This document shows, piece by piece, positions 49,450 to 58,668 of a DNA stretch of 64,000 nt (position 1 is the stretch's first letter; the number at the start of each line of letters is the position of its first letter). A program made the translations under genes and the position numbers. Under the pieces are notes generated by a model. It ran no database searches and was not told the DNA's origin. It saw only the letters and a program-made list of their open reading frames with translations. The DNA lies in IMG/VR virus record IMGVR_UViG_3300030061_002970, one strand, 5' to 3'. This DNA comes from a virus.

Positions 49450-50500
49450 TAAAAGTATTTCGTGTATTATTTTAAGTTGTTTAAATGATTTATTTGTAAA
49501 GGAGAGATTAATACCTAGTATTAAAAGAACCACAAAACATTTAACAGATTGGGATATAGAAATAATAGTAATTGATGCCGGTCCAAAACAAAACTTTAAA
49601 ATGAAAGGTATAAAAGTAATTAAATCACTACCATACCACATACCAAAAGCATATAATTTAGGTGTAAAAAACACAGATAAAAAGTATTTAGCTTTTTTTC
49701 ATGATGACGTAGATATCTTAGACTATAATTGGGTATTAAAGGCAACTAAAGTACTATCAAGTGATGTGTACGCTGCTGGTCCAGATTTACACACCACAGG
49801 TATCCCGTACAAAAAATTTAAAACAAAATTTTTTTTAAAAGAAGCTCCTATGTTTATGGAAAGAGATAAGTTTTTAGAGATAGGTGGTTATGATGAGGAG
49901 TGTTATTTTGGTTATGAGGATTTAAAATTATCTAATTCTATTCATAGTGTTGGAAAAAAAATTAAAAAGATTAGGGTGAAATACCTACATTTTGGCGGTA
50001 CTACTAGTGTTCTAATAACACACAACAGTACAACACAAAAAAAATTAAAAAAAGAAATAATAAAATTTTATAGTGTAAAAGAACATAATAATTTTTTATT
50101 ACGACACCCTGAAATTAAAATAGTTAAAACAAATATATTTAAAAAATTTAAATCTCCAATAATGTGGTTTTTAATGATTTTAGCTAATAAATCAATCTAT
50201 ATAAAAAACTTAAAAAAAATATCAGATAATTTAGGTATGAGGTATGTACATGATTACTGGGATTTAGAAAGAGTACCTTCAGAATTATATGACCTTTTAT
50301 TGCCTAGAACAGCAAAAGAAATGGATTTATATTTAGAAGACATCAAGGAAAATAGGAATGGTGAATTATACGGAAAATTAGAAAAATGGAAAAATAAAAA
50401 ATTTGAAGAATATGCTAATAGTGACAAAAGAAAACTTGACGAAATTAATTTTAAGAATATTATTATTAAGTGTGTAGAAGCAATAAAAAAAAATATATGA
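49436..50500 (+). CDS. GT2-family glycosyltransferase
   Basis: IIVIDAG, AYNLGV, FFHDDV, IGGYDE..FGYEDLKL. Confidence 0.8.
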   Translation: MMVGNKSISCIILSCLNDLFVKERLIPSIKRTTKHLTDWDIEIIVIDAGPKQNFKMKGIKVIKSLPYHIPKAYNLGVKNTDKKYLAFFHDDVDILDYNWVLKATKVLSSDVYAAGPDLHTTGIPYKKFKTKFFLKEAPMFMERDKFLEIGGYDEECYFGYEDLKLSNSIHSVGKKIKKIRVKYLHFGGTTSVLITHNSTTQKKLKKEIIKFYSVKEHNNFLLRHPEIKIVKTNIFKKFKSPIMWFLMILANKSIYIKNLKKISDNLGMRYVHDYWDLERVPSELYDLLLPRTAKEMDLYLEDIKENRNGELYGKLEKWKNKKFEEYANSDKRKLDEINFKNIIIKCVEAIKKNI

Positions 50501-52827
50501 GTACATTAAAAAAATTAGAAAATCCCTTTATTAAGGTAACCTGGGAAGACATACCAGAAAACTTTACACAAGAAAGAATTAAGAGAGTTAGAAGTTATTT
50601 CCAAAATAAATATAATTCTAAAAATGTCACAATTCTTACAAGAGGCGTCGATAGAAAATCAGGTAAAGAATTAGACCTAGATTTAGAACAAAATATTTTA
50701 GACACAGCATACCAAAGAAATTTAATGTCACAATTTGTGATGGCAAATGATATGGGCGTAGATGTAAATCTACTAAAAAGATTGGATGATAAGGTAAATG
50801 CTGAATTAGCTGATAGTGTAGAAATAGATACAAAATATAAAAGAGTTTATATTAAAAATATTAAATTTTCTAATTTTTTATCTTTTGGTGACAATAATTA
50901 TTTAGATGTTAAAAAATTAGGTGGGATAACAGTTATAGATTCTAACCCACCTAATTTTGGTGGTAAGTCAGTGTTAGCGGTAGACCTAATACTATTTCTA
51001 TTTTTTAATACCACAACAAAATCCAGTAAAGCTGGGGAAATATTTAACAGGTTTAAAAAATCAAATGAGGTTTTTGTACAAGGTGAAGTTGAAATAGATG
51101 GTCGTGATTACATAATAGTTAGAAAAATAAAAAGAAGAAAAACAAAAAAGGGAGAATGGTCAGTTAGTACAAATCTAGAATTTTTAGAAAGAAAAGATGA
51201 TGGTTCACTACAAAATTTTACTGGGGAACAGAGAAGAGAGACTGAAAAATTTATAAAAGAATCTATAGGTACTATGAATGATTTTTTACTTACTGTACTA
51301 TCTACAGCATCTAATTTAGAATCTCTTATAGAGTCTAAACCTACTGAAAGAGGTAACGTTCTTAGTAGGTTTATAGGTTTAGAGGTTTTAAAAGATAAAG
51401 AAAAAGCGTGCAAAGAAATGTATTCAAAATGGTCTAAAACACTAATTTCTAATGTATATAATACAGAAGAATTAAAAGAAGAAATAAAAAAATATTTAAA
51501 AGAAAAAGAAGACCTAATAAAAAACAATGTAACCAACGAAAAAAATCTAAAAACTTGGGAAGGGGAGTTAAAAGAAAAAAATAACCTTAGAGATAATCTA
51601 ATAAGTCAGAAAATAACTGATATAGATACTGAAATACAAAATGTGAACCCTAGATTGGTGGAGGGGAGTATAGAGCAAGTAGAAAACGAGCTAAATGGTT
51701 TAAGTACAAAATTAAAGGTCTATGGTGATAAAGAAATACCAGAAGAAATAGATTTAAATTTATTGAGAGATAAAACTAAAAGTAGAGATGAACTTAATAT
51801 TGAAAATGTAAAAAATAAGACTAATCTAAAAAATTTAACTAACACTCTCAAAAACCTAAAAGAATCTGAAATATGCCCTACTTGTAAACAAACATTAAAG
51901 GATGTGGACCATAGTGAAGAAATAGATAAATTAACTGAAGAAACAAAAAATTTAGAGTTAAATATAGAAAATAAAAACTTAGAATTAAAAAAATTAAACA
52001 TTATTGTAGAGAATTTAACAACTAAAAAAAATGTTTTTGATGAGTATGAAAAAGAACTTTTAAAAAAAGAAAGGTTGATTTTAGAGGTTGGACAAAAAAA
52101 ATTAGAACTAGAAAAATTAAAAAATAAATTAATTAAGTGGCAAGAAAATAAAGAAAGATTAGAAAATAATGCTAAATTAGAAAAAGGGGTATTAACTATT
52201 AACTCTGAAATTGATGTGTTAAAAAATAAAAAAGAAAATATATTTAGAGAAGTTGAATACAATACTAATAGAATAGAAACAATAGATAATTCTATTAAAG
52301 ATAATAATAGTAAGATAGAAAAAATAAAAAAAGAAAATAACGTAGAAAAAGTTTTTAGAGCTTACTTAACTGTATTTGGTAAAAATGGTATAATAAAAAC
52401 AATTGTTAAGAGCGTTGTACCCAAATTAAATAATGAATTGATGAGATTACTGTCTGATGTTACAAATTTTATGGTAGAGATAAGAGTAAACGATAAAAAT
52501 GAAGTGGAATTCTGGATGGTAGACAATCAAACAAATGTCGAAAAACTACTGTCTACTGGTAGTGGATTTGAAAAAACACTATCTTCTTTAGCTATACGTA
52601 CTGTATTGACTAAAGTATCCTGTCTACCAAGACCCAACATTACAGTTTTTGACGAAGTATTGGGTAAGGTAAGTAATGAAAATTTAGACCAAGTAGGGGT
52701 ATTTTTTACAAGAATAAAAGATTATTTTGAAAACGTTTTTTTAATCACCCACAACCCACTAGTTAGAGAATGGGCAGATAACAATATAACAATTAAAAAA
52801 GAAAATAATATTTCAAAGCTTGTTTAA
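50497..52827 (+). CDS. Rad50/SbcC/gp46-like SMC ATPase with an extra N-terminal domain
   Basis: NFLSFG, NFGGKS, Zn-hook CPTC, SGFEK signature, VFDEV, ITHN; ATG at 50497 preferred. Confidence 0.88.
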   Translation: MSTLKKLENPFIKVTWEDIPENFTQERIKRVRSYFQNKYNSKNVTILTRGVDRKSGKELDLDLEQNILDTAYQRNLMSQFVMANDMGVDVNLLKRLDDKVNAELADSVEIDTKYKRVYIKNIKFSNFLSFGDNNYLDVKKLGGITVIDSNPPNFGGKSVLAVDLILFLFFNTTTKSSKAGEIFNRFKKSNEVFVQGEVEIDGRDYIIVRKIKRRKTKKGEWSVSTNLEFLERKDDGSLQNFTGEQRRETEKFIKESIGTMNDFLLTVLSTASNLESLIESKPTERGNVLSRFIGLEVLKDKEKACKEMYSKWSKTLISNVYNTEELKEEIKKYLKEKEDLIKNNVTNEKNLKTWEGELKEKNNLRDNLISQKITDIDTEIQNVNPRLVEGSIEQVENELNGLSTKLKVYGDKEIPEEIDLNLLRDKTKSRDELNIENVKNKTNLKNLTNTLKNLKESEICPTCKQTLKDVDHSEEIDKLTEETKNLELNIENKNLELKKLNIIVENLTTKKNVFDEYEKELLKKERLILEVGQKKLELEKLKNKLIKWQENKERLENNAKLEKGVLTINSEIDVLKNKKENIFREVEYNTNRIETIDNSIKDNNSKIEKIKKENNVEKVFRAYLTVFGKNGIIKTIVKSVVPKLNNELMRLLSDVTNFMVEIRVNDKNEVEFWMVDNQTNVEKLLSTGSGFEKTLSSLAIRTVLTKVSCLPRPNITVFDEVLGKVSNENLDQVGVFFTRIKDYFENVFLITHNPLVREWADNNITIKKENNISKLV

Positions 52828-52828
52828 A

Positions 52829-52835
52829 TATTTAT
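52829..52835 (+). promoter_or_regulatory. TATTTAT putative late promoter
   Basis: 11 nt before the ATG at 52840. Confidence 0.55.
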
Positions 52836-52839
52836 AAGT

Positions 52840-53397
52840 ATGAAACCTAGAATAAAAAAATATCTATTATTTATGTTTGGAAATTGGGAAACAATAGAAA
52901 GAAACGCACCAATAATGAATAACATTAGAGATATTATGGAGACCATTGTCACAACACAAGAATTTAGTTTTGTTACTGGGGATAAAGTAATAATAATGTG
53001 TATAAAATCTGAATTAGCATTTGAAGATATAAATCAGATACTAGAAGAATTTTTAGAACCACACATATCTACTTATTTCTTAATGCCTAAACCTAGAAAA
53101 TTAGGTTATAGGTTAGATAAAAATTTAGAAAATCATTTATTTGGTAAAGCACCTTTACACCCACAACTAAATATAGACCCTAGAGTTGCACAAGCTTTAG
53201 CGGACCAACTTAAGAATTTAATGGATAGTAAAGTTAAGAGATTAAGAGACACACTACTTAACCCAATAGAAAAAATAAAACCAAACAAGTTAAGACCTTT
53301 AAACGTAGATAACGTCTTAGATAAGATTATTGATGAGGGTATGGAGAGTTTAACACAAGAAGAACTTGATTTCTTAAAAAAATATAATAAAATTTAA
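52840..53397 (+). CDS. hypothetical protein with a C-terminal DUF6576-like motif
   Basis: VDNVLDKIIDEGMESLTQEELDFL. Confidence 0.65.
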   Translation: MKPRIKKYLLFMFGNWETIERNAPIMNNIRDIMETIVTTQEFSFVTGDKVIIMCIKSELAFEDINQILEEFLEPHISTYFLMPKPRKLGYRLDKNLENHLFGKAPLHPQLNIDPRVAQALADQLKNLMDSKVKRLRDTLLNPIEKIKPNKLRPLNVDNVLDKIIDEGMESLTQEELDFLKKYNKI

Positions 53398-53424
53398 TAA
53401 ATAACTTTTTAAAAATATTATTAT

Positions 53425-53790
53425 ATGAAATTTAATACAGGAAATTATAAATTATCATTATTTACTGAAGATGTATGTGAAGACTGTAAAAGTTTAAAAG
53501 ATATTCTACAGGATAACAATATCCCATTCACCAACTTAAGTATCACCACTAAAGTAGATTCAGAAGAACAAAAAAAAATTAATTCTGCTAATAGATGGGA
53601 TTTTATAGATGCAGAAAGAGACAATAATGGGTTTAACTGGTTTACACCAGTTATGGTTATAGAAAGTGATAATGGTGAAATATCTTATATACCATCAGTA
53701 CGAGATACTGTAAATTGTGATGATGGGAAGTGTGTAAATGACATGACATCAGAAAACGTACTAAAAGTCCTAACACCATACCTTACCTAA
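53425..53790 (+). CDS. glutaredoxin/thioredoxin-fold protein
   Basis: LFT..VCEDC..LK..L…IPF; FTPVMVI cis-Pro loop; extra C-terminal Cys pair. Confidence 0.7.
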   Translation: MKFNTGNYKLSLFTEDVCEDCKSLKDILQDNNIPFTNLSITTKVDSEEQKKINSANRWDFIDAERDNNGFNWFTPVMVIESDNGEISYIPSVRDTVNCDDGKCVNDMTSENVLKVLTPYLT

Positions 53791-53829
53791 GATATAAGTT
53801 TATTCCAAAACATACAAATAATTCAAATT

Positions 53830-53902
53830 TATTTATTATATTTGTACAATATTTAGTGAAACTGACAAAAAGTCAGTAATACCATTACGGTACACTATTT
53901 GT
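53830..53902 (+). promoter_or_regulatory. composite control region of the sigma gene: TATTTAT, TATATTTG (-7 type), palindrome ACTGAC-N5-GTCAGT, sigma54-like CGGTAC-N5-TTGT
   Basis: Elements at 53830-36, 53837-44, 53861-77 and 53888-902 in the longest intergenic region. Confidence 0.55.
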
Positions 53903-53946
53903 AATAAAATAAGTATATAAACGTTTAATAAATAAAAAGTAATTAT

Positions 53947-54744
53947 ATGTCAAAAAATACATTTATAAACCAAGCAGAAATCTCTCAGTATCTAAAAGAT
54001 GTTAGAAAAAGAAAAATTTTAACACCAGCAAGAGAAAAAGAACTGGCAAAAATGATGTTAAGTAACGAACTTTCACTAGAGGAGAGAGAAAAAATACATT
54101 TAGAACTATTAGAAGGAAATCTTAGATTTGTAATTAGTGTAGCAAAAGATTACCAAGGACAAGGAATAGATTTACCAGATTTAATAGCGGAAGGTAACTA
54201 CGGATTACTAAAAGCTATTAATAATTTTAAATGGGAAAAAGGGTTTAGATTTATATCATACGCTGTTTGGTGGGTAAAACAATCTATACTACAGTCTTTA
54301 AATGAACATGCACGTACAATAAGACTACCGGTAAATATTATACAAGAATTACATAAAGAAAGAAAAAAAGTTACCGACGAAATAGGTAAACTAAACACTA
54401 AACTAGCTATGTTACCAACAACTATAAATTATGACAGACCTATAAATGAAGAGGGTGATACACTTATAGATATTTTGGTTAATAAAGACGCGGATAACCC
54501 AGAAGAATCTTTTGCGGATGAGGTAAATTTAAAAGATGAGTTAACTAAGTTGATGGCGGCACTAGATGAGAGAGAAAAAAATATAATAATAGATTATTAT
54601 GGTCTTAATAAAACACCTATGACTCTACAAGAGATTGGTGATGGACTCTCATTAACAAAAGAAAGGGTAAGACAAATAAAAGAAAAAGCTTTACGTAAGT
54701 TAAGAAATGATAGCTATCAGTTATTAGAATACCTAACTGATTAA
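53947..54744 (+). CDS. RpoD/RpoS-family sigma70 factor (Bacteroidota-type, lacking region 1.1)
   Basis: NLRFVISVAKDYQ, DLIAEGNYGL, RFISYAVWWVKQSI, RTIRLP, TLQEIG…LTKERVRQIKEKALRKLR. Confidence 0.92.
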   Translation: MSKNTFINQAEISQYLKDVRKRKILTPAREKELAKMMLSNELSLEEREKIHLELLEGNLRFVISVAKDYQGQGIDLPDLIAEGNYGLLKAINNFKWEKGFRFISYAVWWVKQSILQSLNEHARTIRLPVNIIQELHKERKKVTDEIGKLNTKLAMLPTTINYDRPINEEGDTLIDILVNKDADNPEESFADEVNLKDELTKLMAALDEREKNIIIDYYGLNKTPMTLQEIGDGLSLTKERVRQIKEKALRKLRNDSYQLLEYLTD

Positions 54745-54751
54745 TATTTAT
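54745..54751 (+). promoter_or_regulatory. TATTTAT putative late promoter
   Basis: 21 nt before the ATG at 54766. Confidence 0.55.
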
Positions 54752-54765
54752 CAATAAAAGGATAA

Positions 54766-56013
54766 ATGAAAAAAACATTATTTCCATTATTAATAGCACT
54801 ATCAGCACTTGCTGTATCTGGTTCAGCTGCTTTTTATTCGGTATTTGGTTTAAGTAAACTATTTGCGGGGGCTAGTACACAGGTAATTATTATGGCCGGA
54901 AGTCTTGAATTTGCCAAATTAGTGGTAGCATCACTACTATACCAATACTGGGACACCATAAATAGAGTACTCAGAATTTACTTATCTATAGCGTGTTTTG
55001 TTCTAATACTAATCACATCTGGTGGTATATACGGATTTTTATCTGGAGCCTATCAAGAAACAGCAACTAAATCGGAATTCTTGGACAAATCTTTAGTGGT
55101 TTTAGAAACTAAACAAAATAGGTTTGAAGAACAGAAGACAGACCTTACTTTAGAAAAGACACAATTAAATACAACTATTTCTGATTTAAGAACATCACTC
55201 TCAAATCCTGCTCAGGTATCATACTATGACGCCGAAGCTGAAAAAGTCATAACAACAACTTCCAGTTCAACAAGAAGAGCATTACAATCAGAATTAAAAA
55301 CTACAATAGAAGATAGAGATAAATTAAATCTAAAATTAGAAGCTGTAATGGATTCCGTAATGAGAATTGATACAGAACTATTAGAATTAGAAATTGGTAA
55401 CGAAGAACAAAGAGAATTAGGACCACTTAAATATCTTGCAGAAACAACAGGATACCCAATGGGACAAGTAGTCAATTGGTTTTTATTATTAATTATATTT
55501 GTTTTTGACCCATTAGCAATAGCATTGGTTGTAGCAGCAAACTTCGCATTTACACAAATACGAAGAAAGGAACCAGAAGTTAAAATGTCTGTACCAGATG
55601 GATTAGAGTTTAACACACCTTATACTATGGAAGAAGTTTCGGAAGCTTTTAAAAGACAAGACAAAAAAGAAGAATTAGAAATAGATGAAAAAAGGATGAA
55701 TATAATAGGACAAAATGGTAATGACGGACTACACTATGATAATATCATAACCACAACGGAAAATTTAACCAAAGACGAAATAGAAAATATAAGTAAAGAA
55801 ATAGGTAAGACCGAAAAAGAAACTAACCCAACACCAATAAATCCTTCTAAAAAAGACCTTGAAAAATTAGCCGAAGTACTTAATATTAATTATAGTGATG
55901 AAAATGTAGATTTAGATAGACTAACCGACACAACACAAACATTAATAAATAAAGTTGTAAGAAGTGAAAATGAAAAAAATAAAAACACACTCAAATACAA
56001 AGGTAGAAAGTAA
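54766..56013 (+). CDS. membrane protein: 3 N-terminal TMs, coiled coil, further TM (IIFVFDPLAI)
   Basis: AAFYSVFGL..LFAG, LEFAKLV, TSGGIYGFLS, ELGPLKYLA. Confidence 0.7.
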   Translation: MKKTLFPLLIALSALAVSGSAAFYSVFGLSKLFAGASTQVIIMAGSLEFAKLVVASLLYQYWDTINRVLRIYLSIACFVLILITSGGIYGFLSGAYQETATKSEFLDKSLVVLETKQNRFEEQKTDLTLEKTQLNTTISDLRTSLSNPAQVSYYDAEAEKVITTTSSSTRRALQSELKTTIEDRDKLNLKLEAVMDSVMRIDTELLELEIGNEEQRELGPLKYLAETTGYPMGQVVNWFLLLIIFVFDPLAIALVVAANFAFTQIRRKEPEVKMSVPDGLEFNTPYTMEEVSEAFKRQDKKEELEIDEKRMNIIGQNGNDGLHYDNIITTTENLTKDEIENISKEIGKTEKETNPTPINPSKKDLEKLAEVLNINYSDENVDLDRLTDTTQTLINKVVRSENEKNKNTLKYKGRK

Positions 56014-56527
56014 ACAAATTCTTTTGTGTAACACAAACAGAAATAGCAAAGATTTCCTAAACTCAATAAAATTTAGATTAAACGGTAACTATAAGAAAGT
56101 ACCAAATTACCTAATAGAAAAAAGTGGTAAAATAAATAATTTAAATAAAGAAGACGTGACACCCTATTTTTTAGACGGATACACCAATAAAGGAGTGGTT
56201 GTTGTTTGTTTGGAAAATGTTGGTTGGTTAAAAAGAAGAAGGGTAGATGGTAAGTTTGTTGACTGGTTAGGTGATATTTATAATAATAAAGTCCATGAAA
56301 AAAAATGGAGAGGTAAACATTTTTGGGATATTTATAGCAATAAACAGATGGAAAGTACTTTAAAACTGGTTAAAGATATTTGTAAGAAACAAAACATACC
56401 ACAAGATTTTATAGGGCATAATGTTCTAGTTGATGGGATAGAAAATTTTAAAGGTATAGTTTCTCGAAGTAACTATAATGAATATTGGACCGACATAAAC
56501 CCATCTTTTAATTTTGAACTATTATGA
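55970..56527 (+). CDS. N-acetylmuramoyl-L-alanine amidase (Amidase_2)-like protein, possibly degenerate
   Basis: KQILLCNT, PNYLI.KSG.I, VCLENVG, YS.KQ..S..KL…IC, GHN, TDINP; ATG at 55970. Confidence 0.6.
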   Translation: MKKIKTHSNTKVESKQILLCNTNRNSKDFLNSIKFRLNGNYKKVPNYLIEKSGKINNLNKEDVTPYFLDGYTNKGVVVVCLENVGWLKRRRVDGKFVDWLGDIYNNKVHEKKWRGKHFWDIYSNKQMESTLKLVKDICKKQNIPQDFIGHNVLVDGIENFKGIVSRSNYNEYWTDINPSFNFELL

Positions 56528-57060
56528 AAAAAACTATTATTAAAGATTATACAGAGTACCACAATGATAAGTACGATGAAATGAAGTCACTTTTGAATAA
56601 ATCTAAAAAATTATTTGAACAGGTGGAAAAAGATGATAATTTAGATATGCAAAGAGATGAAGAAAAAATAAAAGAGTATGAAGTTTCTAGTGGAAAAATA
56701 ATAGTACATGGTTATACCACAACAGATATCACTTTAACCGATGAAGAAAAAAACACATATCAGGAAACAATGGACGATTTTATTGAACAAGTTTCTGATT
56801 TAGTAGATTACAACTCCCTCAACATATACGATAATAATGTAGAGTGGTCCGGGGTTTTGGTCAAATACGACACAGAATTCTTTTATACGGTAGGTGAAAG
56901 AAATGGAGTATATATTACAGGTAGTATGATTAAGGTAGACGCAGAAATGTTAGAGATGTTAAATAACCTAAAAGACTACTACCAAATATTCTCCGCAAAA
57001 TGGGCAAAAGTATTGGCAGATAGAAAGTCAACTAAAAAAATGGAAGACGAAAACAAATAG
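56524..57060 (+). CDS. hypothetical acidic protein
   Basis: 178-aa ORF, ATGA coupling. Confidence 0.65.
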   Translation: MKKTIIKDYTEYHNDKYDEMKSLLNKSKKLFEQVEKDDNLDMQRDEEKIKEYEVSSGKIIVHGYTTTDITLTDEEKNTYQETMDDFIEQVSDLVDYNSLNIYDNNVEWSGVLVKYDTEFFYTVGERNGVYITGSMIKVDAEMLEMLNNLKDYYQIFSAKWAKVLADRKSTKKMEDENK

Positions 57061-57061
57061 T

Positions 57062-57379
57062 ATGGAATTTTTAAGAAAATCATGGAAATGGGTATTAGGT
57101 GTTATAGGGTTTTTTATAGGGTTTGTTTGGTTCATGAACGCCAACTCAAGTAGAAAAGTTAAAAAGATTAAAAAGAATATTAGGGGTAATGAAAATAAAA
57201 CGTCAGAGGTTGACGGCAAAATAAAGTATGTTAAAAAGAAAAAGAAAGTTACAAAGAAAAAAATAGCTGACACAGAAAAGGAATTAAAAGAACTTAAAAC
57301 TAAAAAACCTAAAGTAAAAAAGAAAACAGGGAAACAGGCAACTAACTCTCTAAAAAATAGACTTAAAAAAAGTAATTAA
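57062..57379 (+). CDS. N-terminal TM + basic coiled-coil protein (spanin/holin-accessory-like)
   Basis: WKWVLGVIGFFIGFVWF followed by a Lys-rich helix. Confidence 0.55.
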   Translation: MEFLRKSWKWVLGVIGFFIGFVWFMNANSSRKVKKIKKNIRGNENKTSEVDGKIKYVKKKKKVTKKKIADTEKELKELKTKKPKVKKKTGKQATNSLKNRLKKSN

Positions 57380-57380
57380 T

Positions 57381-57755
57381 ATGAAAAAACTAGTATTAAT
57401 ATTATTATTGTTTACACCAGTATGGGCCTTTACTCAGACACACACTTTTACTGAAAAAGAAGTAGTTAAAATGGACTCACTATTTCAAGTATACGAACAA
57501 ACAGATAGTTTACAAAAATTAGAGATTAACCTACTTAAGACTCAGATAACAAATTATAGAACCCTACACACCCAAGATAGCTTACATATAGCTTTTATGA
57601 ATGAAAAAACAGACCTATTAAACCAAAGAATAGATTTATATATAGATTTGACAAAAGAATTAAGACCTAAGTGGTATAATAAACCTGTAGTTCACTTCTT
57701 TTTAGGTGCAGCAACAATTGTTACGGCTTCTTGGGTCGTATCTAACGTTAAGTAG
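57381..57755 (+). CDS. secreted coiled-coil protein with a C-terminal TM (spanin-like)
   Basis: Signal peptide MKKLVLILLLFTPVWAFT-Q; C-terminal PKWYNKPVVHFFLGAATIVTASWVV. Confidence 0.6.
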   Translation: MKKLVLILLLFTPVWAFTQTHTFTEKEVVKMDSLFQVYEQTDSLQKLEINLLKTQITNYRTLHTQDSLHIAFMNEKTDLLNQRIDLYIDLTKELRPKWYNKPVVHFFLGAATIVTASWVVSNVK

Positions 57756-57762
57756 TATTTAT
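57756..57762 (+). promoter_or_regulatory. TATTTAT putative late promoter
   Basis: 12 nt before the ATG at 57768. Confidence 0.55.
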
Positions 57763-57767
57763 AAGTA

Positions 57768-58010
57768 ATGGCATTAACAAAAACAGATAAAGACGAAATT
57801 GCAAGAATCGCGAGAAAAGAGATGAAAGATTTCATGTCTAAACCCCAATTTAAAAATGAGGTACAAAAAGTAGTGGCTGATGAAATTAAAAGAGGACGAA
57901 ATACTAGAACCGAGATTGTTGATATTGTAAGTAAAGTTATGTTAGAGTTATATAAGACATTCTGGTTTAGACGTAGTATGTGGCAATCAGAAATAAAAAG
58001 AGTAAGATAA
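57768..58010 (+). CDS. hypothetical helical protein (late)
   Basis: 80-aa ORF downstream of a TATTTAT motif. Confidence 0.65.
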   Translation: MALTKTDKDEIARIARKEMKDFMSKPQFKNEVQKVVADEIKRGRNTRTEIVDIVSKVMLELYKTFWFRRSMWQSEIKRVR

Positions 58011-58642
58011 TGGGAATAAAAGATAATTTTGAAAAAGGGTTAAATAAGGCAATAGAAGGTAAAGATAAAATGTGGTTTAAATCTCTACTTAAAAATGCTA
58101 AAAATCTAGAAGAAAAAGAAACGGAAGAAGAGATGGAAGAAGCTACAACATCTGCAAGTGCAGGTGCGTTTATGGCTCCTTTGGGTGTAGACCCTAGATT
58201 TGCAAAGAAAAAGAAAGAGAAAAAAGAAGAGGTTGGTGAAGCTACGACATCTGCAAGTTCCGGCCAATACGTAACACCACAAATGTGGGCAAAAAATGAT
58301 AAGAATTGGAGAGGTGGGGCAAAAACTCAATGGCCTGGTGGAAAATTTGTAAAAGTTAAAGATAAGTGTAAAAGATTTCCATACTGTAACCAAGGAGATA
58401 TAAATGCTTTAGATTTATATGAAAATAAAAAAATTACAAAAGCTATTGAGGAAGTTGCAAAGAAAACAGGAAAAGATAAAAACTATATAAAAGAATTAGT
58501 AAAAAAAGATTTAGAGGAGATTATAAGACGTAGCATTTATAAATCACCAATAACCTCTATACTAGGACCAAAAAGTAAAATGAATACACCAATAGGTAAA
58601 ATATTCACAATGGGTTCAAATGTGGGGGGAAAATACGAATAA
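58010..58642 (+). CDS. putative internal head protein with duplicated EATTSAS(A/S)G motifs
   Basis: EEATTSASAG…GEATTSASSG; KCKRFPYCNQG; ATG at 58010 (TAATG coupling). Confidence 0.55.
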   Translation: MGIKDNFEKGLNKAIEGKDKMWFKSLLKNAKNLEEKETEEEMEEATTSASAGAFMAPLGVDPRFAKKKKEKKEEVGEATTSASSGQYVTPQMWAKNDKNWRGGAKTQWPGGKFVKVKDKCKRFPYCNQGDINALDLYENKKITKAIEEVAKKTGKDKNYIKELVKKDLEEIIRRSIYKSPITSILGPKSKMNTPIGKIFTMGSNVGGKYE

Positions 58643-58647
58643 ATAGA

Positions 58648-58654
58648 TATTTAT
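58648..58654 (+). promoter_or_regulatory. TATTTAT putative late promoter
   Basis: 21 nt before the ATG at 58669. Confidence 0.6.
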
Positions 58655-58668
58655 AATAAAAAGAAATT

